Source of the DNA: Malacoraja senta
Taxonomy: Eukaryota
Direction of reading: 5' to 3'
Assembly (NCBI GenBank): GCA_038087875.1
Contig: JAXLNO010000146.1
Location: 496,001 to 560,000, forward strand
DNA: 64,000 nt
The notes beneath the pieces were generated by a model. The model did not search any database. It was not told the origin of the DNA and was given only the letters and a program-made list of their open reading frames with translations. This document shows positions 27,537-39,690 of this stretch, one piece after another; positions within the stretch are counted from its first letter, which is position 1; the number at the start of each line of letters is the position of its first letter. The position numbers were made by a program, and so were the translations under genes.

Positions 27537-27765
27537 ATGCGGTTCTGTCGGCCTATGGTGCGAATACTTCTGCTGATAGTTCTGTGATGATTTCTTTTAC
27601 CCCACTCAGGGTGTCTGCCGTCCCATTGTCTATTCCTTCCATGGCTGAAGCCATGTTAATTATTTCCCGTGCCATCTTCGCAGTACCATAGGAGGGAAAT
27701 GCAATAGCACAGAACCACTCGGTCTCCGTAATAGCCCGTTTTACATGCCTTTTGTTTGTAATTTA
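27537..27765 (-). pseudogene. Endogenous retrovirus env fragment (SU/TM junction)
   Basis: KRHVKR|AITETEWFCAIAFPSYGTAKMAREIINMASAME..ELSAEV, then after a frameshift IRTIGRQNRI: furin site, fusion peptide, heptad and start of the immunosuppressive domain. Confidence 0.8.
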
Positions 27766-28054
27766 AATTTGGGAGCAGCGCTATTGGCGACTGGTTTCTG
27801 CCTGTATAAAGGCAGTCGCTGGTAAGCCATAAGGTCGTTATTGACGGGAGGGGTTCACTGACGGGCTGGGTTGCGATCAGCGCCGCGGACGGAGGCAGAG
27901 AGAGGGGGAGGTGTGCTGCTGTAAGACGGACCCGGCGCATACCGTGATAAGTATTGTTTTTGTTCTATCTCGTGCCAATAAACCTGATTTGTAACTTAGC
28001 GGACGAGTGTGCCTTTTTTGTTGTTCTACTAGTCAGATCCTTGAACGTGTTCCC

Positions 28055-29695
28055 TTGGAACATCTCCCCATTTAGAAAATAAGCTCCGCCTTTATTCCCA
28101 CCACCAAAATGAATGACTCCACACTTTGCTACACTATATTCCATCTGCCATTTCTCTGCCCACTCTCCCAACCTGTGCGGGACCTTCTGCAGAGTCCCTG
28201 CTTTCTCTATACTACCTGCCCCCTCCACCTATTTTCGCATTATCCGCAAACTTGGCCACAACGCCTTCATTTTCCTCGTCCACATCATTGTAATACAGCG
28301 TGAAGTAGCGGCCCTAGTACCGACCCTTGCGGAACTCCACTAGTCACTGCAGCCAACCAGATACAGCCCCATTTATTGCCACTCTCTGCCTTCTGTCATC
28401 CAGCCAACCTGCCATCCATGCTAATATCTGCCCTTTGATACCATGGGCTCTCATCTTCCACAGCAGTCTCAGGTGTAGCAACTTATCAAAGACTTTCTGA
28501 AAATCTAGGTAAAAAACATTTACCGACTGTCTTTTGTCCTGCTATTTCCTTCTTCAAAGAATTCCAGCAAATTTGTCACAAAGCCATGCTGACTTCGGGC
28601 TATTTGATCATGAATTTCTAGGTACTTTTAACCTCATCCTTTATATGGATTCAAAAATTTTACCAACCACTGAAGTCAGACTAACCGGCCGATAGTTCCC
28701 ACTGTTCTGCTTTGCTCCCTTCTTGTGCAGCGGGGTAATATCGGCAATTTTCCAATCATCTGGAACCACTTCTGGCTCCAGCGATTCTTGAAATATCACT
28801 ATCAATGCCTCCACAATCGTTAAAGCCACCTCTTTCAGAACCTTAGGGTGCAGTCCATGTGGTCCAGTTTACATCCACCTTCAGCCATTTCAGCTTCCCA
28901 AGCACCACCTCCCCAGTAATAGCCAGTGCACCGACATCCTCCCCCTGACTCACATGAATTTCAGGCACGTTTCAGGTGTTTTGAACTGTGAAGACTGCGA
29001 AAATGTTATTCAACTCCTCTGTCATTTCTTTATTCCCCATTATCACTTTTCCTGCATAATTTCCCAGCGGTTCAACGTGAACTCTTGTCTCTTTCTTACA
29101 CTTTATATAACTGAAGAAACACTTGCTATCCTATTTTATATTATTGGCTAGCTTACCTTCGTATTTCATCTTTTCTCCCTGTATTGCCTTTAGAGTTACC
29201 TTCTATTGTTCTTGAAAAGCTATTCTATCCTCGGGCTTCCGGCTAATCATTGCTATGTTATACACCTTCTCTTTTAGTTTTCTACTGCCCTTAACTTCCC
29301 TTGTCAGCCACTGTCGTCTCTTTCTCCCCCGAGAATCTTTCTTCTTCGCCGGAATAAAAAGATCCTGCATCTCCGGATTATTCCCAGAAATTCCTGCCAT
29401 TGCTGTTCAACAATCATTCCTGGTAGGGTCCCTGTCAGTCTACTTTGGCTAGCTCCTCCCTCATGCCTCTGTAGTCCCCTTTGCCCAGATGCAATACCGA
29501 CACATCCGATATCACCTTATCCTTCTCAAATTGCAGATTAAAACGTATCATATTGTGGTCGCTACCTCCTAATGGTTCCTTTACCCTGGGTTTCTTTATC
29601 AAATTCGGTTCATTACACACCACTAAATCCAGAATTGTTTTGTCCCAGGTATGTTTAGAGCAAGCTGCTCTAAGAATCCATCTCGGAGGCACTCC
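28055..29695 (-). mobile_element. CR1 ORF2 fragment
   Basis: ILDLVVCNE, LGGSDH, GNYRPVSLTS on the minus strand. Confidence 0.9.
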
Positions 29696-29699
29696 AACA

Positions 29700-30970
29700 A
29701 TATCGGTTCCACGGAGATCCCCTCCGAAGCGACGTGGTGAAAACGCAATGTCGCAATCGGCGGGTTGAATTTGCCGCCTGCGGCCGGGAATCTGGAACTC
29801 CGGTCCACACAGTTCAGGCGGATGCATCGCCATAGCTGACTTCCGAGGCCTAATTTGCGGGCCCGTATTTCGGCTCCGCGGCGGATAAGGATCACCATTC
29901 GATCGGCGTGGCAATCCGCGTCGGACAGCGGGGTCGCCTTGCGCTCGCAGCCTATCGCGATTTAGACAGATTCCCGGAAGCTGTACACATACACGTTCGG
30001 TCACCAGTTGACGTGTCGCGAACCGAACATAGCGCCGCCGACTCTTCGTGTGTCTCCGAACACCGTGCTGCACCCGCCGAGTACTTCACCGACGCCCCGT
30101 GCGGAAAACGCGATGTTGTATTCGGCGGGTCGAATCTGCCTCATGCAGTCGGGTCTCAGGAACTCCGGCCCGACCTGACCGAGTGGATCCATCCCCATAG
30201 AAGACAATGGAGGCCGAATCTGTGGGCTTGTATCTCGGCTCCGCGGCGGCGTCGGCTGGACGTTCCGGTGCGCATCAAATCGTCGCGGCAGTCCGCTGTG
30301 GAGATCGAGATCGCCGGGCATCTCACAGCCCACCGGGATTTCAGGAGGTTCCCGGCAGCGGTACATGCACTCGGTCATGTCACCAGTTGAAGATTCTCGG
30401 CCCGATCGGGGGCCACCGACTCTTCTGGTGTTTCCAAACCCCGTGCAGCGCCCACCGAGCTCCCCGCCGAAACCCCATGCTGAAAACAGGATGTTGGAAC
30501 CGGCGGGTCGAATCTGCCGCCTGCAGCCAGGGTCCTGGATCTCCGGCCCGGCCAGTCCGGCTGCATCCATCCCCATAGCCGGCTTCCAAGGTCGAATTTG
30601 CGGGCGTGTATCGCAGCTGCACGTCGGCTTGGGCTCGCCGTTTCGGTGCTCATCGAGTCATCGCGGAAGTCCGCGTTGGAGAGCCGGGTGACCGGGTACC
30701 CCCGGATTTACCGCGATTTCGGCAGATTTCCCAGCAGCGGTAATCACGCGACTGATCACCGGTGGAGGAATCGCCGCACGCTCGAGGGGCAGACGACTCT
30801 TCCTCTGTCTCCGAACATCGTGCTGCACCCGCCGAGCTTCCCGCCGAAGCCCCGTGCTGAAAACGCAATTTTGCAAGCAACGGGACGAATCCGCCGCCTG
30901 CATCCAGAATGCTGAAACTCCAGCCCGGCCAGAACGTGTGGATCCATCCCCATAGAAGACTTCCGAGGCA
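29700..30970. repeat. CpG-rich diverged tandem array, ~377-bp unit, ~3.4 copies
   Basis: Anchor gaaaac recurs at 29739, 30104, 30482 and 30859, each followed by cggg..gaat..gcc and catc(c/g)ccatag. Confidence 0.85.
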
Positions 30971-33900
30971 ATAGACAATAGAAAATAGGTGCAGGAGAAG
31001 GCCACTCGGCCCTTCGAGTCAGCACCGCCATTCAATATGATCATGGCTGATCATCCACAATCAGTGGACGTAGTGTATCTAGACTTTCAGAAAGGCTTTG
31101 ATAAGGTCCCGTACGGGAGACTGGTGACTAAAATTAGAGCACATGGTATTAGGGTAGGGTGTTGACGTGGATAGAAAATTGGTTGGCAGACAGGAAGCAA
31201 AGCGTAGGAGTGAACGGGTCCTTTTCAGAATGGCAGGCAGTGGCGAGTGGAATGCCACAATGCTCGGTGTTGGGGCCGTAACTGTTTACCATATATATTA
31301 ATGATTTAGTATAGGGAATTAGGAGCAACACTAGCAAGTTTGCGGATGACACAAAGCTGGGTGGCAGTGTGAACTGTGAAGAGGATGTTCAGTATAGGAG
31401 TACAGAGGTTCTTCTGCAGTTGTATGGGGCTCTGGTAAGACCACATCTGTAGCATTGCGCACAGTTTTGGTCGCCTAATTTGAGGAAGGACATCCTTGTG
31501 ATTGAGGCAGTGCAGCGTAGGTTTACGAGATTGATCCCTGGGATAGCGGGACTGTCATATGAGGAAAGATTGAAAAGACTAGGCTTGTATTCACTGGAGT
31601 TTAGAAGGATGAGGGGGGGTTCTTATAGAAACATATAAAATTATAAAAGGACTGGACAATCTAGATGCAGGAAAAATGTTCCGAATGTTGGGCGAATCCA
31701 GAACCAGGGGTCACAGTCCAGAAGAAAGGGGAGGCCATTTAAGACTGAGGTGAGAAAGAACTTTTTCACCCAGAGAGTTGTGAATTTGTGGAATTCCCTG
31801 CCACAGAGGGCAGTGGAGGTCAAATCACTGGATGGATTTAAGAGAGAGTTAAATAGAGCTCTAGGGGCTAGTGGAATCAAGGGATATGGGGAGAAGGCAG
31901 GCACGGGTTATTGATTGGGGACGATCAGCCATGATCGCAATGAATGGCGGTGCTGGCTCGAAGGGCCGTAAGGTCTCCTCCTGCACCTATTTTCTATGTT
32001 TCTATGTTTCTAGTACCCCGTTCCTGCTTTCTCCCCATATCCCCTGACTCTGCTATCTTTAAGAGATCTATCTAACTCTCTCTTGAAAGTATCCAGAGAA
32101 TCGGCCTCCCACCGCATTCTGTGGCAGAGAATTCCACAGACCCAACTCTCTGTGTGAAAAAGTGTTTCCTCATCTCCGTTCTAAATGGCTTACCCCTTAT
32201 TCTTAAACTGTGGCCCTTGCTTCTGGACCCCCCCCCCCCACTCCCAAACATCGGGAACATGTTTCCTGCCTCTAACGGGTCCAAACCCTTAATAATCAGA
32301 TAAGTTTCAATAAGATCCCCTTAAAGCCTTCTAAATTCCATAGTATACAAGCCCAGCCGCACCATTCTATCAGCATATGACAGTCCCGCTATACCGGGAA
32401 TAAAATTTGTGAACCTACGCTGCACTCCCTCAATAGCAAGAATGTCCTTCCTCCAATTTGGAGACCAAAACTGCACACAATACTCCAGGTGTGGTCTCAC
32501 TAGGGCCCTGTACAACTGCAGAAGGACCTCTTTGCTCCTACACTGAACTCCTCTTGTTATGAAGGCCAATATGCCATCGCTTTCCTCATTGCCTGCTGCA
32601 CCTGCATGCTTACTTTTATTGACTTATGAACAAGGACCCCCAGATCCCGTTGTGCTTCCCCTTTTCCCAACTTGAGACAATTTAGATAATAATCTGCCTA
32701 CCTGTTGTTGCTTACCAAAGTGGATAACCTCACATTTATCCACATTACCCACTCATCCAACCTGTCCAAGTCAGCCTGCATTCTGCAGGCACATTCCGCA
32801 GGCATTGCCACTTTTCATTTCACTGCACATCTCGTATGCCTATGTGACAAATAGACTTGACGACTTGACATTCTCATAGCATCTTCCTTACAGTTCCCCT
32901 TTTCCAACTTGACACAATTTAGATTCAAGATTCAAGATTTAAGGTTCAAGATTTCTGCCTTCCTGTTTTTGCTACCAAAGTGTACAATCTCACATTTATC
33001 GACATTAAACTTCACCTGCCATGCATCTGCCCACTCACCCAACCTGTCCAAGTCACCCTGCATCCTCCTCACAGTTCACACTCCCACCCTGCTTTGTGTC
33101 ATCTGCAAATTTGCTAATGTTACTTCATCTAAATCATTAATGTATATTGTAAGTGGCTGTTTCCCAGCACCAAGTCTTGCGGTACCCCAATAGTCACCGC
33201 CTGCCATTCTGAAAGAGACCCATTAATCCCTACTCTTTGTTTCCTGCCTGTCAACCAATTTTCTATCCAGTTCAGCACTCTACACCCAATACCTTGTGCC
33301 CAAATTTTGCCCACTAATCTCCTATGTGGGACCTTATCAAATGCATTCTGAAAGTCCAGGTACACTACATCCACTGGCTCTTCCTTGTCCAATTCCTATT
33401 TACATCCTCAAAAAATTCCAGAAAATTAGTCAAGTATGATTTCCCTTCGTAAATCCGCGCTGACTCGGACCTATCCTGTTACTGCTATCCAAATGTGCCG
33501 TTATTTAATATTTTATGATTGATTCCAGCATCTTCCTCACCATCGATGTCAGGCTAACTGGTCTAAAATTCCCTGTTTTCTCCCTCCCGCCTTTCTTAAA
33601 AAGTGTGATAACATTAGCTTCCCTCATCCTAATTCTATAGAACATTGGAAAATGATCACCAATGCGTCCACGGTTTCTAGAGCATTTCCTTAAGTACCCT
33701 GGGATGCAGACCATCAGGCCCTTGGGATTTATCAGACTTTAGTCCAATCAGTCTACCCAACACCATTTCCCGCCTAATGTGGATTTCCTTCCGTTCCTCC
33801 GTCACCTCAGATCCCCTGGCCACTAGTACATCAGGAAGATTGTTTGTGTTCTCAATAGTGAAGACGGATCCAAAGCATCTGTTCAACTCATCTGCCATTT

Positions 33901-33980
33901 CCTTGTTCCCTATAATAAATTCACCCTTTTGTGTCCTCAAGGGTCCAAATTTGGTCCTAACTATTTATTTCCTCTTCACA
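30971..33980 (-). mobile_element. 3' half of a CR1 LINE
   Basis: Tail at 30971-31064 resumes at ~32012 (aatcagt|accccgttcc). RT motifs on the minus strand. Confidence 0.9.
31065..32011 (+). mobile_element. Internally deleted CR1 nested in the 3' UTR of the minus-strand CR1
   Basis: Near-identical to parts of 19490-20697; own (ttctatgt)n tail. Confidence 0.88.
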
Positions 33981-35010
33981 TCTATATAACTAAAAGTCTC
34001 ATCTTGACCACTTCCTGTCTGCGCTGTATATTGATTTTAGAAAAACCGCTACCATATATCGCTATGATTTTTGTTCATCTTACTCACAGTCCTCCTCCGC
34101 TGAGGCAGCCTCGCGGATTTTTCCGATCGATGAAAAATAAAAAATCTTGAGATCAGCTGATTGGTCCTCTCGCCTGTCAATCACCATGATGAAGGTAACG
34201 CCCCTTCCGGAGGGGGGCAGGACTATAAAACCCCGGACGCCTGGACCCGAGTCAGTCACTCTGGAAGATCGCGAGGGAGAGGCCACAACTGTGATTCCCA
34301 GCTGTGAATAAACGGAACTGTGAGTGTGCAATGTACTTGCAATAAATGATTTGTTAAGGGCCTGTCCCACGGGCATGCGCGGGGGCCGCGCGGGGGTCGA
34401 GTGATCCGCGTACAAGGCCGGTCCCACCAGCATGCGGCTGCATGCGGCAAGCGCTACCAAATCGGAAGCGGGGGCCGCGCGGATGTCGAGTGACGTCAAG
34501 ACGGTGCGTACGGCGGCGAGGCGGTGCGCACGGCCGTCGATGCGGCTGCGGGGCGGCAGGCGGTTGCCGCACGGAATTTTTGAACAGTGTCAGTTTTTCG
34601 GAGCCCCGCGCGATCTCGGGACCAGCTCCGCACAACCATGCGGCTCCCGCGATCGACGTGGGACCGGCCCCGCGACCTCCGCGCGGCCCCCGCACGGCCC
34701 CCCGCTTGCGGTTAGGTCGCGCTTGCCGCATGGAGTCGCATGCCCGTGGGACAGGCCCTTTAGCTTTTAACCTTTTGTAGTGCAGCATTTCAAAGCAGTT
34801 ACCACCACCAACAACCGTTTGCAGTGCAGCATTTCAAAGCAATTACCACACCCAGCAACCGTTTGCAGTGCAGCATTTCAAAGCAGTTAACACCACCAAC
34901 AACCGTGTGCAGTGCAGCATTTCAAAGCACTTACCACCACTAACATCCATTTGCAGTGCAGCATTTCAAAGCAGTAACACCACCAACAACCGTTTGCAGT
35001 ACAGCATTTC
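33981..35010 (+). mobile_element. Non-autonomous Helitron, 5' part, with 44-bp minisatellite
   Basis: A|TCTATATAACTAAAAGTCTCATCTTGACC start; repeats of ttgcagtgcagcatttcaaagcagttaccaccaccaacaaccgt at ~34775-35010. Confidence 0.75.
34357..34759. mobile_element. PIF/Harbinger-type MITE
   Basis: 23-bp perfect TIR agggcctgtcccacgggcatgcg with TTA target duplication (34354-34356 and 34760-34762). Confidence 0.9.
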
Positions 35011-35125
35011 AAAGAAACCACATTTTCATTTTCAAACCACATTAAGGGCACTCACAATTGATTAGATATGTGTTCAGTGTTATTCACAGCTCAGAGTGAC
35101 GTGACCTTCTCGCTTCCTCCATATT

Positions 35126-37431
35126 GTGAGAAATGTGTCTTGTGAGAAATGTGCCTCGTGAGAAAAGTGCCTCGTGAGAAACGTGCCTCGTGAGAAAAGT
35201 GCCTGACTTTGGCTCGAGAGTCTTCGGCGAGGAGATTGTGGAGAGGAGATTACGCCAAAAGTTGGAGAGGACGGGATGCGGTGAACACATGACGGGTAAG
35301 CTGATTCAGTGTGAGGCTTGCAGGATGTGGGCGGTCAGAGACATTGATGGTGCCTCTGTCTGCTACAACTGTGGTAAGTGTGTCCAGGTTCAGCTCCTGA
35401 AGGCCCGGGTTGGGGCACTGGGGAAGCAGCTGGTTGACCTCAGGGCCATCCGAGGTAACGAGAGTTTCGTGGATAAGACCAACAGTGAGATTGAGACGCC
35501 TAGGTTACAGGAAGAGCGAAGGTGGGTGACTGTGAGAACGAGGAGTAATCGTAGAGTGCAGGAGACCCCGGTGGATGTGTGAATGAAAACCTAATGAAAA
35601 CAGGCACACCCTTTAGGGAGCTGTCGGTGCGGACGACGCTTCCAGTCCGACAGGTGGACAGGTCGGTGGCTCTAACCCAAGCGATGAGATTCGACCGGCG
35701 AGACCGACGTCGGGCAGAGCTAAAGTGGTGGGTGACTCCATTGTCCGAGGTACGGACTGCAGATTCTGTGGCGGCAACCGAGGCTGGAGGATGGTCTGAT
35801 GCCTCCATGGTGACAGGGTTAAAGAGATCACAGACCGACTTCAGAACATCCTCGAGAGGGAAGTTGGACAACCGGCAGCACGTGGGCACAAACGACATCG
35901 TGAGGAAGAGGAAGGAGTTTCTGCAACGCAAGTTTAGAGAATTAGGAAGAAGATTGAAAAGCAGGACTTCTGGGGTTGTTATCTCTGGATTGCTTCCAGT
36001 ACCTCGTGCTAGTGAGGGCAGGAACAGGGAGATAGGGGACCTGAATGAGTGGCTGTGGATTGGTGCAGGGATCAACGATAATGCTTTATAGACCACTGGG
36101 ATCTCTTCTGTGGTAGTGGTGACCCGTAGAATAGGGACGGGTTACACATTAACTGGAGGGGAACCAACGTTGTGACAGGCAGGTTTGCTAGTGCTACACG
36201 TGTGGGTTTAAACTAAATAGTGGTGGGACGGATTGACAAATTGGGAGTATAAAGATGGAGGTAAAGGGAAAGCGAGCACAGGAAAAGTTACAAAAGACTC
36301 CAGGAGTAATGGGAATGAAAGTTCGAGACGGATTAAGGCTAGGGCCAATATTGACCGGTGTGAGAGGGGAGGTGAATACTGAAGTCAAAGTGTTGTTTAT
36401 GAGTGCACGAAGTATTTGAAATAAAGTGGATGAGCTTGAGGCTCAGTTAGAAATTAGCAAGTATGATGTTGTGGGAATGGTTGCAAGGGGACCAGGGCTG
36501 GGAACTGAATATTCAAGGATAGACGTCCTATCGAATAGACAGACAGGTGGGCAGAGGGGGTGGGGTAACCCTGTTGGTGAGGAATGACATTCAGTCCCTT
36601 GAGAGGGGTGACATGAAATCAGAAGATACAGAGTCAGAATGGATAGAACTGAGGAATTGTAAGTGTAAAAGGACCCTAATGGGAAATATCTACTGGCCCC
36701 CAAACAGCCTGGATATAGGGTGCAAAGTGAATCAAGCATTAAAATTGGCATTTCGTAAAGATAATACTACGGTTGTTATGAGAGATTTCAACATGCAGGT
36801 AGACTGGATAAATGAGATTGGTACTGGACCCCAAGAAAGGGAGTTTGTGCAGTGCCTCCGTGATGGATTCATAGAGCAGCTTGTACTGGAGCCTATCAGG
36901 GAGAAGGCAATTCTGGATTTAGTGTTGTGTAATGAACGGGATTTGATAAAGGAACTTGAGCCATTAGGAGGAAATGACCATAATATGATACATTTTAATC
37001 TACAATTTGAGAGGGAGAAGGGTAAATCGAAGGTGTCAGTATTACAGTTGAACAAAGGGGACTATGGAGCCATGAGAGAGGAGCTGGCCAAAGTTGACTG
37101 GATAGATACCCTAGCAGGGATGACAGTGGGACAATAATGGCAGTTATTTCTGGGAATAATACAGAAGGTGCAGGATCAGTTCATTCCAAAGAGGAAGAAA
37201 GATTTCAGGTGCAGCAAGGGGCGACCGTGGCTGACAAGGGAAGTCAGGGACAGTATAAAAATGAAAGCGAAGAAGTACAGCATAGCAAAGATGAGCGGGA
37301 AGCCAGAGGATTGGGTAACTTTTCAAGAGCAACAGAAGAAAAATAAAAAAGGCAATACGGGGAGAAAAGATAAGGTACGAAGGTAAGCTAGCCAAGAATA
37401 TAAAGGAGGATAGTCAAATTGTATTTAGGTA
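35126..37431 (+). mobile_element. 5' half of a CR1 LINE (5' UTR 16-bp repeats, ORF1, APE endonuclease)
   Basis: CEACRMW..CGKC zinc finger, esterase remnants, GRGGGV, DFN, LDLVL, LGGNDH. Ends at ttaggta. Confidence 0.92.
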
Positions 37432-37875
37432 CAAGACTAAATGGGACCCGTTGGGCCAGTGGGGGGTGGGTTTCTGGAGCGCTAGTATGGGTGTTGTGGG
37501 CCGAATGGACTGGTTTCCAGGCCTAGTATGGACATTGTCTGCCGAATAGATTATTAGGCTGGCAGCTCAATCACTCAGGCCTGGTGTGCTGGCAGCGCAG
37601 TCACTCAGGCCAGGTGGGCTGGCAGCTCCGTCCCGGTTGTTGGTGGTGGTAACTGCTTTGAAATGCTGCACTGCAAACGGTTGTTGGTGGTGGTAAGTGC
37701 TTTGAAATGCTGCACTGCAAACGGTTGTTGGTGGTGGTAACTGCTTTGAAATGTTGCACTGCAAACGGTTCTTGGTGGTGGTAACTGCTTTGAAATGCTG
37801 CACTGCAAACGGTTCTTGGTGGTGGTAACTGCTTTGAAATGCTGCACTGCAAACGGTTGTTGTTCGTGGTAACTG
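37432..37875 (-). mobile_element. Non-autonomous Helitron 3' part (partner of 33981-35010)
   Basis: Minus strand ends cccaacgggtcccatttagtCTTG|T; carries the same 44-bp repeat. Confidence 0.75.
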
Positions 37876-38910
37876 GTTAACTTCCTGTTTGCACTGTATA
37901 TTGATTTTGGATAAGACGCTACCACTTACGGTTGTGATTTTTGGCCATCTTACTCAGTCCCCCTCCGCTCATCAGGTGCAGAGGATTCTTTCCATCAATG
38001 AAAAATAATAGTGTTATTAGTGTTTCAAAAATTGTTGAGAATCTCTCTCCTGTCAATCACGCCATGAAAGCCACGCCCCTTCCGGTGGGAGGGGGAGGGA
38101 TTATAAAACCCGGAAGTGTGGGTGTGGCTCAGTCTCTGCAAGATGGGGAGGAGAGGTCACGACTCTGTCTGAGCTGTGAATCAACTGAACACACTGAATG
38201 TCTACTGAACTGTGTGTGGTGTTTATGTGGTGTTTTGTGTGGTTTTATGGTGGTTTAATGGTGGTTTCACCCTGCTTGAAATGGTATGAAATTGCACTTC
38301 AATTTGGTTGTCTTGCACCCTGCTTGAAGTGGTGTGAAATGCACTTGAATTTGGTGGCCTTGCACCCTGCTTGAAATGGTGTTAAACAGCGCTAGCATTT
38401 GGTGGCCTGGCATCCTGCTTGAAATGGCATGAAACTGCACTTGAGTTTGGTGGCCCTGCACCCTGCTTGAAGTGGTAGGAATCTGTACTTGAGTTTGGTG
38501 GCCCTGCACCCTGCTTGAAGTGGTATGAAACTGCACTTGAATTCGGTGGAATGCACCCTGCTTGAAGTGGTTGGAAACTGCACTTGAATTCGGTGGCCTT
38601 GCACCTTGCTTGAAGTGGTAGGAAACTGCACTTGAATTCGGTGGCCTTGCGTCCTGCTTGAAGTGGTAGGAAACTGCACCTGAATTTGGTGGCCTTGCAC
38701 CCTGCTTGAAGTGGTATGAAACCGCAATTGAATTTGGTGATCTTGCACCCTGCTTGAAATGGTAGGAAACTGCATTTGAATTTGGTGGCCTTGCACCCTG
38801 CTTGAAATGGAATTTCAAGGAATAGCCGTGAGTCAACTGCTCGCCCACCAACCGTGAGTGAGCTGCCCTCCCGTGTGAACATAGGACCCAACGGGTCCCA
38901 CTTAGTGTAG
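37876..38910 (+). mobile_element. Non-autonomous Helitron with ~47-bp minisatellite
   Basis: Homologous to 34010-34320. Tandem caccctgcttgaagtggtaggaaactgcacttgaatttggtggccttg at ~38265-38815. Hairpin ggaccc-aac-gggtcc then cttagtGTAG|T. Confidence 0.75.
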
Positions 38911-38914
38911 TATT

Positions 38915-39690
38915 GTTATATATGTCCGCCACGCATGAAAAAAGAGATACACTTTCCAGATGTTGGATGTGTACACGTGTGCCCATGCAATTAAGAGGAG
39001 ATATTCCCCTTAAGATTATCGCTTTGAACGTTTCGGAAATGTCCGAGTGGTACATGCCCCAGAACCATTACCACCTTCCGGTCTGCTTGTATGTCTACCA
39101 AAAGGACCGTTGCAAATACAAGCCCAAATACAACCGTTCCTACTATTCCTCTTTCTGGGCCCTTTAGTGAAAGAAGGCAAGAAGGTGAATTTGCCATGTC
39201 AGGCAATATAGCGGGGCCCGAAAATACGGAACGCTTTGTGCAGTCGAAATCTCAATGTCTTTGACAGTACACGTGTGGGCTTCAGTCACATTACGGCTCG
39301 AAACCGTTCAACTGGATACCCTTTTCAGGACAAATGTTTTCCCCTTTCGGTAGAATCCTTTAGTGCTTGCAATAGTACCTATTTTGTCTACATTCCCTGT
39401 TTGCCCCAGGATAGTTGAGGCTCATATTATTTCCCTCATTTTGTTTATATTATTTGGCACTATATGCCCTTATCCCAAATGTACTCTCAGTCAACATGGA
39501 AAGGTTCTTTGCTCTTGCATTTCCTTGCCAGGGCATGGTAAAGGGTGAGAGAGAGAGCATCAATATAGCCTCTGCGTGAGTAAAGGTTGCTAATTTCCCT
39601 GCCTTGGAAGAAATTACTGCGGAGGAGGTGGTCATCCGGACAATTGCTCAGCGGAACAGAATGGATTTGTATATCCTCCCAGCAGAAAAC
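38915..39690 (+). pseudogene. Endogenous retrovirus env fragment (SU CxxC to TM immunosuppressive domain)
   Basis: RCWMCTRVP..IPL..LN; CNSTYFV; ERFFALAFPCQGMVKGERESINIASA*VKVAN..EEITAEEVVIRTIAQRNRMDLYIL. Confidence 0.82.

Noticed and set aside
22347..27765. Env-bearing Gypsy element
   Set aside because: The env fragment is outside the 3' LTR and on the opposite strand.
38267..39055. 262-aa repetitive ORF and CRISPR-like periodicity (also 34775-35010, 37635-37870, 43236-43505)
   Set aside because: Head-to-tail minisatellites without unique spacers, in eukaryotic context with no cas genes.
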